A stretch of 64,000 nt of DNA from an uncultured Acidobacteriota bacterium (lineage in GTDB: Bacteria > Acidobacteriota > UBA6911). Under the pieces are notes generated by a model, which was not told where the DNA came from, did no database searches, and saw nothing but the letters and a program-made list of their open reading frames with translations. The stretch is from assembly GCA_963843575.1 (NCBI GenBank), contig CAWJKZ010000027.1:64588-128587 (forward strand), read 5' to 3'. Below are positions 42,946-51,611 of this stretch, in pieces. How positions within the stretch are numbered: the stretch's first letter is position 1; each line of letters starts with the position of its first letter. Position numbers and translations under genes: made by a program.

Positions 42946-43544
42946 CTTCCCTCCATCCGGCCCAGGTGGGCCCCGACCATTTCACGAGCCCGTGACAGCC
43001 GCTTGCGAAAAGCCTCGGGCCGTACCTGGCAGATAGCGGCCGCCTCGTCGTGCGGAATGCCTTCACTTGCCAGCAGCAGTGCCTCGCGATAGTGCACCGG
43101 CAGGATCGCGATGGCGCGCTCGAGCCTTCGCCCCGCCTCGTCCGCCGCGGCCAGGTCGAAGGGCGAATCCGCCTCACGACGCAGGGTAACCCGGCCGTAC
43201 TCGGCGGTGCGGTCGGCGTCCAGGAAACGGTTCCGGCAATAACCGGCAAACAGGTTGCGCGCCACCGTGAAGAGCCAGGCAGCCAGGCAGGTGTCGTCCC
43301 GCAGAAGAGGGGCGCAGCGCGCCAGCCTCAACCACATTTCCTGCAACAGCTCTTCGGCGACCTCGGCTCGGCGGCTCAAGCGGAGCAGGAATGAATAAAG
43401 CCTCGCCCTGTGGGCTTCATAGATCTCGTCGAAGGCCGCCTCGTCGCCTTCTTTCAACGCCCTGACCAGGTTGATCTCGTGCGCGCGGTCCACGCCATAA
43501 GAAACACCCGATGTCGAGAAATGTGACGCTTTTTTTCCTGTCAC
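42942..43544 (-). CDS. ECF RNA polymerase sigma factor; start may be further downstream
   Basis: GDEAAFDEIY, AEELLQE.W, AWLFTVARN, REALLL...EG...RKRLSRAR. Confidence 0.9.
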   Translation of the reverse strand: MTGKKASHFSTSGVSYGVDRAHEINLVRALKEGDEAAFDEIYEAHRARLYSFLLRLSRRAEVAEELLQEMWLRLARCAPLLRDDTCLAAWLFTVARNLFAGYCRNRFLDADRTAEYGRVTLRREADSPFDLAAADEAGRRLERAIAILPVHYREALLLASEGIPHDEAAAICQVRPEAFRKRLSRAREMVGAHLGRMEGR

Positions 43545-43589
43545 AGATTTCCCCGGCCGGCATTATACCTGCCACAAGGAGGAGACATC

Positions 43590-43931
43590 ATGATCGGTTT
43601 CATGCAGCAAGGCGGCACGTCGATGTGGTTGATCCTAGCCCTCGGGTTGCTCACCCTGGGGCTGGCCGGCTCATTCGCAGCGCGACCGGCGGAGCGCAAG
43701 CTGAGCATGATCCGGCCCCTGTCGCTCGCAACCGTGTTCTCGGTCCTGGGCGGCATTGCGGCGGACCTCGGTGCGACCATGAAAGCCGTGAGCGCCTCGC
43801 CCGAGCTGGCAGCCTCTCCCGCCGCTCTTCTGCAGGGAATCGGCGAATCCATGGTCCCGGCCATCCTCGGCTTCACCTTGCTCTCGCTGGCTTGGCTCGT
43901 GGCCACGGCCGGCTTGCGACGGCAACTCTAG
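43590..43931 (+). CDS. Small 3-TM membrane protein (MotA/TolQ/ExbB- or GldL-like fragment type)
   Basis: AGGAG RBS; FMQQGG..MW.IL, ...LLQGIGESM.P.ILG; divergent from the ECF sigma. Confidence 0.6.
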   Translation: MIGFMQQGGTSMWLILALGLLTLGLAGSFAARPAERKLSMIRPLSLATVFSVLGGIAADLGATMKAVSASPELAASPAALLQGIGESMVPAILGFTLLSLAWLVATAGLRRQL

Positions 43932-44208
43932 CAGCCGCCCCATCTCTGTCGCCCCCGTCACGCGGGGCACGACCCCGTCGCTCCCGGCAGGTGCGTCGTC
44001 GACACCCCGCGGCCGGCAATATGCCTCGAACCCGAGAGTGCATACGTAGATCTTCCCCGAGCGGCATTCGGCGACCAGGTTTCTGCGGGGAGCCGGGTTT
44101 GATGATATGGTTACGGCACCGACCGTTTCGCGTCAACGCAGGTAACCGGACTTGAACCGGGCCGAGTCGGTGCGGCGAGGGCGGGGAACACCTCTGGTGA
44201 ACCAGGAC

Positions 44209-44709
44209 ATGACAAATTCAAGACTCACGGGACTCGTTGCCGCTCCGTTTACGCCCCTGCGCCAGGACGGCAGCCTCAACCTCGACATGATCGGGCGCCA
44301 GGCCAGGGCCCTGGCCGACAATCATGTCAACGGCGCGTTCATCTGCGGGACGACCGGCGAGGGGCTTTCCCTCGCCACGGACGAGCGAGTTCAGGTCGCG
44401 GAAACGTGGATGGCCGCGGCCACACCCGCGCTGCGCGTCATCGTGCATGTCGGGCACAAGGGTAGGATTCTATTTTCCAATCCCGCCGGCGAGCGCCGCG
44501 AGAACATGACGGTGCGGGTCAGCTACGACGAGGGCCGGAGCTGGGCCGTGAGCAGGACGATCCACGCCGGGCCGGCGGCGTATTCCTGTCTGGCCGTGCT
44601 GCCGGACAAGTCTGTCGGGTGCCTCTTCGAACGCGGCGTGAAGAGTCCGTACGAAACGATCTCCCTCGCCCGCTTCCCGTTGAGCTGGCTGGAGGGCGCG
44701 CTCGAATAG
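44209..44709 (+). pseudogene. In-frame chimera: N-acetylneuraminate lyase N-terminus + sialidase C-terminus
   Basis: GLVAAPFTP...CGTTGEG...VIVHVGH joined at ~44457 to RILFSNP...SYDEGRSW (Asp-box)...AAYS. Confidence 0.8.
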
Positions 44710-44901
44710 CGAAGCGAGTCCGGGCCGAAGAGGCTGCCCAACGGTCGATCCTGGAGCTGCGGCAGCCAGGATTCACCAGGCCAAGGTTGCAGGGGCACGT
44801 CTCGCAATCTGGCGTGGCGCCGAGACGCCAGCCGCAGGACGTGAGTGAAAGCGACGCCGAGGCGCCGCACGCCAGATTCGGGGGTCGAAGCCTTGCCAGA
44901 G

Positions 44902-46161
44902 ATGCACGCCGAGCCGATTCCGCCCGAGGCGCCCGCCCGCTCCGCTTCCCTCGCCCGCACCGCCTGGCTTGTCGTGGGCCTGCTTTGGCCCGTGGCGCTG
45001 CTGAACTACCTCGACCGCCAGATGCTGGCGACGATGAAGACCTCCATGGTCTCTGACATCGCCGGCCTGACGACGGAGGCACAGTGGGGTTTCGTGCTGG
45101 CGTCGTTCAAGTGGGTCTACGCCGGGCTGAGCCCCATCGGCGGGTATATCGCGGATAGGTTCAGCCGGAAGCACATCATCGTCGTGAGCCTCTTCACGTG
45201 GTCCGCCGTGACGTGGTTCACGGGGCACGTTGCCAACTACGAACAGCTAGTGTGGGCCCGCGGGCTCATGGGCATCAGCGAGGCGTTTTACATTCCTGCA
45301 GCCCTGGCGCTGATTGCGGATTTCCACAGGGGAGAGACCCGGTCGCGCGCAGTGGGCATTCACCAGACGGGCATTTACATCGGCCTGATCCTGGGCGGCT
45401 ATGCGGGACACGTCGCGGACGCGCCCGATTTCGGCTGGCGCTGGGCGTTCAGTGCCGCCGGCATCGCCGGCGTGGCCTACTCCGTACCGCTGCTGCTTCT
45501 GCTGCGCCAGCCGCGGCGCCCGGCGGTCACGGCCGGGAAATCGCTCTCGCCGCTGCGCGCGATCGGCGAGTTGTTCGGCAACCGCAACTACCTGCTGCTG
45601 GTGCTTTACTTCACCCTGCCCGCCATCGCCGGGTGGGTGATCAGGGACTGGATGCCCGTGATCCTGAAGAACCAGTTTCACCTGTCACAGGGGCGCGCCG
45701 GGGTGATTGCGGTGCTCTACGTCCAGTTCGCCACGATCGCGGGTGCCCTGGCCGGCGGCTGGCTGGCGGACCGCTGGATGCGCCGCACCAGGCGCGGGCG
45801 GATTTACGTCAGCGCCATCGGCATGGTGCTGTTCTTGCCGGCGCTGTTCGGCCTCGGCGCTCCTGGAACCCTCTTCCTCGCCGTGGTGTTTCTAATCCTG
45901 TTCGGCCTCGGCTGGGGATTTTTCGACTGCAACAACATGCCGATCCTGTGCCAGATCACGCGCCCCGAACTGCGCGCTACCGGCTACGGCTTCATGAACC
46001 TGGTGAGCATCTCCTGCGGCGGAGCCGGCGACTGGGGCTTCGGCACCCTGCAGGACCGGGGCGTGCCGTTGACGCTGATCTTCGGCTGCTTCACGGGCGT
46101 CGCCCTGCTTTCGCTCCTCGTCGTCCTACTGATCCGCCCCGCCGAAAAATCCTCCTCCTGA
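44902..46161 (+). CDS. MFS transporter (possibly for sialic acid or another sugar acid)
   Basis: NYLDRQ, GYIADRFSRK, GISEAFYIPA; follows the nan relic. Confidence 0.85.
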   Translation: MHAEPIPPEAPARSASLARTAWLVVGLLWPVALLNYLDRQMLATMKTSMVSDIAGLTTEAQWGFVLASFKWVYAGLSPIGGYIADRFSRKHIIVVSLFTWSAVTWFTGHVANYEQLVWARGLMGISEAFYIPAALALIADFHRGETRSRAVGIHQTGIYIGLILGGYAGHVADAPDFGWRWAFSAAGIAGVAYSVPLLLLLRQPRRPAVTAGKSLSPLRAIGELFGNRNYLLLVLYFTLPAIAGWVIRDWMPVILKNQFHLSQGRAGVIAVLYVQFATIAGALAGGWLADRWMRRTRRGRIYVSAIGMVLFLPALFGLGAPGTLFLAVVFLILFGLGWGFFDCNNMPILCQITRPELRATGYGFMNLVSISCGGAGDWGFGTLQDRGVPLTLIFGCFTGVALLSLLVVLLIRPAEKSSS

Positions 46162-46173
46162 GTCCAGGCGGGC

Positions 46174-46201
46174 GTGGGCCGCGGCGGCCCGCCGTGGCCC
46201 A
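46174..46201. repeat. REP-like palindrome (family B)
   Basis: GTGGGCCGCGGCGGCCCGCCGTGGCCCA. Confidence 0.6.
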
Positions 46202-46279
46202 GGTTTGTCCGAATCAGCGTAACGAAGTTGGCAAGCCCGATGCCCAGACCGCACGATTCGCGTGCAGCGCCCCGACGAG

Positions 46280-47068
46280 TTATTGCGTCCACTCAACAAT
46301 GGCGCCTTCATACGGTCCGAGATCCATTTTCCATTTTTGCCCGTCATGCATCAGAGGCTGGGAACCTGCGGGAGTAATCTGGGCAAGCGAGCGGACCGGC
46401 AAGGTGGTGTCAATCACGACCGGCAGGGTCCGGCCGCTGTGGTTGGCGAGTATCGCGTATCCGCGGCTGTCGCCCTTCAGCGCGCCGATTTCGACCGAAG
46501 GTTGGTTGGTCCTGAACAAGGCGTGCACTCCCGCCCATTCCAGCAAGGCACGATAGATTCTGTGCGTGGGCTCATCGCGGTCGAAGGCGGCCGAAACACC
46601 CGACAAGTACATTTCGAGAGGATAGGCGCAGAGCAGGGTCTTCCCCGCTCCACGGCCTGAGGCCACAAGCGCCGGCCGGCCGTCCTGGTCGGTGGCGACG
46701 ACCGTGCCCCCTCGCACCTCCAGTGTCGCGCCCGGCTGCCTGCCGGCCTCGAAACTGAATTTGTCCCCGGGCCTCAGGTCGCCGAGCGGCGACACCACCG
46801 TCAGAGTGACGTTGCCGACAGATACGTGATCGGCAAGCCGCGCCCCGAACAGGTCTTCCATCTCGGGAATGGCGGCATCCGAACTCACCGAAGCGAAAAC
46901 CACGCCGCCCCGGGAAACATAGGCTCGGAGCTTGTTCCAGAAGTTGGTGCGAACATGCTGGAGGATCTGCTCGGTACCCGTCAGCGGCGAGGGCAACAGG
47001 ATCACGGGGTGACTGGTCCAATCGCTGTTCTCGCGAGGGAAATCGGCCCTGAAACCGGCCCGAGCCAT
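46280..47068 (-). pseudogene. C-terminal fragment of a GH42-like/beta-galactosidase trimerisation-domain protein
   Basis: LRAYVSRGG, DLFGA, DGRPALV...G.GK.LL..YPLE; no catalytic barrel upstream. Confidence 0.55.
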
Positions 47069-47198
47069 TATAGGACGGCGGCATTCGGGGGAGACAGCAG
47101 TTGCGCCAGTGGGGGGGGGCCGCGTCGGCGGTTTTTCTGAAAGACATGTCGATGTAGAGCTCGGGCGGCTACGAGAAATTCTTTCGGGCCGGCGGGCG

Positions 47199-47302
47199 GG
47201 ACGCGGATGCTCGCAGATCCACGCAGATCAAAAACAAGGGCATTGGTGGCCGGGCACGGCCGATCCGCGTGAACCCGTCAAATCCGCGAATATCCGTGTT
47301 CC
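47199..47302. repeat. Palindromic element built from short tandem units (family C)
   Basis: GGACGCGGATG-CTCGCAGATC-CACGCAGATC ... GATCCGCGT-...-AATCCGCGA-ATATCCGTGTTCC. Confidence 0.55.
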
Positions 47303-47325
47303 GCATTTGTCGTTCTGAATTCGCG

Positions 47326-48379
47326 CTATGGACGAAACTGGTCTAAAGTCATAACGGCCGCAAGGGCCGCCAGAACCTGTCTGGCTGCGTTCCCCACGTC
47401 AGAACGCTCGGGGATGTCCCCCTCGGAGTGGTAATTGGGATCGCCGTAGGGCCAGGACCCGATGAGGACGACCGCGGCGGGATAGCCGGCCTTCACGAAC
47501 GAACCGTCGTCGTCGCCGGGCGACGGCCGTTTGACCACGCGGTGTTCCAGCCCGATCTCGAACCGCGCGTTGACGGCCCCCACCAGTTCCGCCAGGCGGG
47601 CTCCCGCGGGCTCCGTGTACGCTGTCACGCTCGTCTGCTTGCCCGCGGCGGCGTCGGCCGCCGGCTTGGCCCCGATTCCATCGATGTTGAAAACGGCGAC
47701 GATCCTGTCGCCGCGCTTCCTGGCATTCTGCGCCGCGGTCACGCTGGTCCAGGGGGTGTGCTCCTCGTTGCAGAAAAGGAAGCGGATGGTGCGCTCGGGG
47801 GTGTGGTGCGCGAGCACTCGTGCCAGTTCCAGGACTCCCGCCGTGCCGATCGCGTTGTCGTTGGCCCCGGGGGAATCGATCCAGCTCTGCGAGTCCTTGT
47901 GCGCCACCACGAGGATGATCTCGTCCGGACGCGAGCGGCCCGTCTTCTCGGCGTAGAGATTGTAGGCCGTGTAGCCAGGGATCCTCGGGCATGGGCGGGG
48001 AGTACTGCGCGTGCTTCGGCTTGCGGGTGTCGCGGCGAAACGCCTGTACCCGGACCTCTTCTTTGTCGACGCGATAACCCCACGACTGCAGGTTTTCCGC
48101 CAGGTAGTCGTCGGCCTCGTGCAGCGTGTTTTTCGCGTGGCCGGGCAGGGTGAAGTTCAGCTTGCGAAAGGGAATGGTTTTGGCGAGGTGGAACAGGTGC
48201 TTCGAAATGCGCTCGGCATCAACCGCGCCCGTGAGGTTGCGGATGCTCTCCGCGGCCGCGGGCGTGTCCCACACACTCTCCCACCCGGCGCTTTGCGCCT
48301 TGCCGTCGAGTTGTAAGCCGGCGAAAAGGATAGTCGGCAAAATGCCCAGCCCGCCCAGGACTGCGATCCTGTGCACCAT
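47326..48379 (-). CDS. M28 family metallopeptidase with signal peptide; frameshift ~47970
   Basis: AHKDS, PGANDNAIG, FCNEE, NIDG, NYH across ORFs 47399-48535 and 47326-47910. Confidence 0.85.
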
Positions 48380-48446
48380 GGGTTCTTCTCCTTTGCAGGA
48401 AGCGCCGCCGGACAGCGAAAAGCTCCTCCGGTGGACCTCCGGCCTT

Positions 48447-50123
48447 TCAGCACAACCGGTCCGCCGCCTCGTTGAGACGCAACGCTTCGTCCTCGAGAGG
48501 TGCAACGCGCGCCGCCTGTTCGTCGAGACGGGCAAGCGGTTCCTTCAGATAATGGTCGAATTCGAGAAAGAGCCTGTCGAAAATGCCGGTGATCTCCTGG
48601 TCCAGCCTGCTCCGGAACTCGTCTCGCGACTTTTCCAGTTTCTGCGAGAAATCCCGCAGGATGGTCGACCGCTTCCAGAGCAGCGTAACGGCGACGAGGC
48701 CAAGACCCAACGCGGCAAGGACGCCGCCGGTAATGTCGAACACGATGAGCTTGGTTGCCAGGGCGATGACCGTGCCCAGCGCTGCGATCCCGCCTCCGGC
48801 GAGAGTCAGCTTGCCCAGGTCGGAGCCTTGAATGTCCTTGTCGCCGACGATATCGGAAAGGCGGAGCGCCTGCAGCTTGCCACGCAGGCGCTCCAGGAGG
48901 TCCGAGCGGTCGGACATGAGCGGCAGGGACCCCTGGCCTGCCTGCCGATGGGCGACGGCGATCGTGAGATCGTCGAGCATCGTGTTCATCTCCGCACAGA
49001 GGTCCTTCGACACCCGCGACGATTCCGCGGCGATCTCTTCGGCAGCCACCCTCTCGAACTGGGAGTACAAGTCCTTCATCCACGTCCTGACATCCTTGTC
49101 GCGAATCAGCGGCAGGGATCGCCACAGGATGTTCCCTACCCCCAGCCCTTCCGTAAAATCCGCCTCCAGCCGCGAGGACAGGCGGCCGTAGGAGACGCAG
49201 AGACTATCCACGATCAGCCGCTTCAACGAGAGAGCCTTCTCCCTGCGCGCCTGCACCTTGCCAAGCAGGCCCTGGTAAAACCCCTTGTCTTCCGCGATCG
49301 ACGCCTCTTCCTGGTGGAGCGCGGTCAGCAGGCCGTTCAAGACTTTCCTGGCGGTGTCGCGCCCGCCTTCCAGTTTCATGCGCCACACCTCGCCGCTCTC
49401 CACGGTCCGGCGGAAGTAGTCGCGGAACTCGGCAAACCCGCTGTCGGCGGCCCCCTCCATCTCGCGCTTCGCCGACACCGTGAACACCTCGGGGTTCTGG
49501 ACGTTGCGCTCGTGGGCATACTGCCGGACCCGCTCCTGGTTTACCGCGAGCTCGTGCCGGGTGGCGGTGTCGGACTGCTGCAGCACGAACACGGTCTTGC
49601 GCTGCCACTCCCTGCTTATCAGGGTTAGAAGATCCCACGCCGTCCCGGTGTGGGGATTCTTCGCAAACAGCACGAAGATGACGAGGTCGCTCTGCGGGAT
49701 GTAGTTCTCGGTGATAACCTGATGATTCCGGAGAATCGAGTTTGTCCCGGGCGTGTCGACGATCGAAACGTGGCGCAGGACCTCCTTGGGCAACTGCAGG
49801 CGCTCCCAGTGGTCCCCGAGGACGGTTCGTGTCCGCTCTTCACCGTAAACCAGTTCCTGAATCACGGACGTGCAGGGTTCCGGCGCGACCTCGCAGACGG
49901 TGTCCCCGAGGAACGCGTTGACGAAACTGCTCTTCCCGGAATTCACTTCGCCGATGACCACGATCAGCGCCCCCGACTGCAGATGCAGCAGCCGTTCGCC
50001 GAGAATCCGGGATGCGTCGGTGCCCGGGCATTTGTTTGCGAGGGCAAGGGAGCGCTGAAGGAGGTCCCGCAGCGACTCATACTGTTGCGTGAAGAGCGGG
50101 CTCAGGACAGGTTGTGGCGCCAT
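48447..50123 (-). CDS. Bacterial dynamin-like GTPase with C-terminal membrane hairpin
   Basis: GEVNSGKS (G1), PCT (G2), DTPG (G3), VSAK, coiled coils, hydrophobic hairpin. Confidence 0.85.
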   Translation of the reverse strand: MAPQPVLSPLFTQQYESLRDLLQRSLALANKCPGTDASRILGERLLHLQSGALIVVIGEVNSGKSSFVNAFLGDTVCEVAPEPCTSVIQELVYGEERTRTVLGDHWERLQLPKEVLRHVSIVDTPGTNSILRNHQVITENYIPQSDLVIFVLFAKNPHTGTAWDLLTLISREWQRKTVFVLQQSDTATRHELAVNQERVRQYAHERNVQNPEVFTVSAKREMEGAADSGFAEFRDYFRRTVESGEVWRMKLEGGRDTARKVLNGLLTALHQEEASIAEDKGFYQGLLGKVQARREKALSLKRLIVDSLCVSYGRLSSRLEADFTEGLGVGNILWRSLPLIRDKDVRTWMKDLYSQFERVAAEEIAAESSRVSKDLCAEMNTMLDDLTIAVAHRQAGQGSLPLMSDRSDLLERLRGKLQALRLSDIVGDKDIQGSDLGKLTLAGGGIAALGTVIALATKLIVFDITGGVLAALGLGLVAVTLLWKRSTILRDFSQKLEKSRDEFRSRLDQEITGIFDRLFLEFDHYLKEPLARLDEQAARVAPLEDEALRLNEAADRLC

Positions 50124-50204
50124 CGCGTTCTCCTAAACGAGGAATCGCGTTCAGTATAGACGCAGTTTCCGGCCGTGCAGTCGCTTTAATCCTCTAGTGG
50201 CCAC

Positions 50205-50232
50205 GTGGGCCGCGGCGGCCCACCGCGGCCCC
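50205..50232. repeat. REP-like palindrome (family B)
   Basis: GTGGGCCGCGGCGGCCCACCGCGGCCCC. Confidence 0.6.
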
Positions 50233-50341
50233 AAGCCTCATCCGGTTGGAGGCGCCCCGAATTCGAAACGGGCTAAAATCCGGGCGGGCCGATGATCCTA
50301 AGGGTTCGCGCAAGAATAAGTTCCCATTTTGGCGCGAGCGC

Positions 50342-50423
50342 CGGGCGGGCAGATGCCAGGCGCCGCGACGCAGGCGATGTGGTGACATCGTCGAGGAGCG
50401 GCAACGCCGCAGATGCCCGCCCG
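50342..50423. repeat. ~80-bp intergenic inverted-repeat element
   Basis: CGGGCGGGCA...TGCCCGCCCG ends, internal CGATGT/ACATCG hairpin, GCAGATGCC present twice. Confidence 0.4.
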
Positions 50424-50711
50424 CCGCCGCGCCCCGGAGGGCTGACGGCTCCGTCGATAGCAATCTCCTATCTTTGGTTGCCGCATGATCTGTTGGCTCG
50501 GGACCCGTCAGCAAAATGTGAAATTATTCTTGCGCGAGCCCTAAGCCGGCCGGGAAACGTATAAAGACCATGACGAAGGCCGAACCGGTGCCCGGGCCTT
50601 CGAGGGATCAGCCTGCGGGCATCGCGTTTAGTGGGCATCCGGGTGGTGTTTCGCATAGACTGGGCCTGATCGGTGGGCGGGCATCCGACGCCGCCTGTGG
50701 GAGACGACGCA

Positions 50712-51569
50712 ATGTCAGGCAACGCATCGAAGTGGCTGACCGGCTGCGGCATCGGTTGCGGTGTTGTGACGCTGGCTGTCGTCGCCGTCGCAACTGCCGG
50801 CTACATGTTTATCAAGAGCCGCACGCAGAGCTTCGAACGGGCCCAGGCCACGGCCTCGGAGCTGCGTGCGAAATACGGGGACATGACGGATTTCTGCCCC
50901 GATCCCGACGGCCGGATCCGTCCCGACCGGATGAAGATCTTCCTGGGCATCCGGGAAACACTCGCCCCGGCACGCAGGAAACTCGAGTCGTCCATGAGAG
51001 GCCTTTCCGAGGATATCAAGGCTGCCAATAAAGGGCAGGACTCGTTTCCCCGGATCATCGGCCTCATCAGCCAGGGGTTCGGGATCGTCCCCCAACTCGG
51101 CGAGTTCCATGAGACGCGGGTCCGAACCCTGCGCGACGCCGGCATGCCGCCCGGGGAATACGTCTATCTTTACGTCGTTGCCTACTACTCCTTCCTCTCG
51201 AAATCCCCGTCGGACGGCCCGGAATTCAAGACCGGCGCGCGGCACCGCATCCGCATAGGGAGCGGAGACGACAGCGGGGACGGCCCCGCACATGCCGTTG
51301 AACGCGTCCGCGACCTGCTGCTGCCGATGCTCCGCAACCAGCGCGCCGCGCTCGAGAAGGGCCGGGCGGAGGCCGTTCGCGACCCCTGGGCGGACGCGCT
51401 CGACGCCGAGATTCAGGCGCTGGAATCGAGTGAATCCCGCGTCCCCTGGTCGGATGAGCTGCCGAAACCGATCAAGGAGTCACTCCAACCCTACCGGGAC
51501 GAGCTCGAGCGCAGCTACGACCCGCTCGTCAACCCGCTCGAGCTGGAATTCTGGCAACACGAGGGCTGA
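50712..51569 (+). CDS. Hypothetical protein with N-terminal membrane anchor
   Basis: KWLTGCGIGCGVV...TM helix then helical domain; GGAG RBS. Confidence 0.7.
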   Translation: MSGNASKWLTGCGIGCGVVTLAVVAVATAGYMFIKSRTQSFERAQATASELRAKYGDMTDFCPDPDGRIRPDRMKIFLGIRETLAPARRKLESSMRGLSEDIKAANKGQDSFPRIIGLISQGFGIVPQLGEFHETRVRTLRDAGMPPGEYVYLYVVAYYSFLSKSPSDGPEFKTGARHRIRIGSGDDSGDGPAHAVERVRDLLLPMLRNQRAALEKGRAEAVRDPWADALDAEIQALESSESRVPWSDELPKPIKESLQPYRDELERSYDPLVNPLELEFWQHEG

Positions 51570-51611
51570 TACTCGCGGACTCCGTGTCCGATTTGGAGTA
51601 CCCAAAACGAT

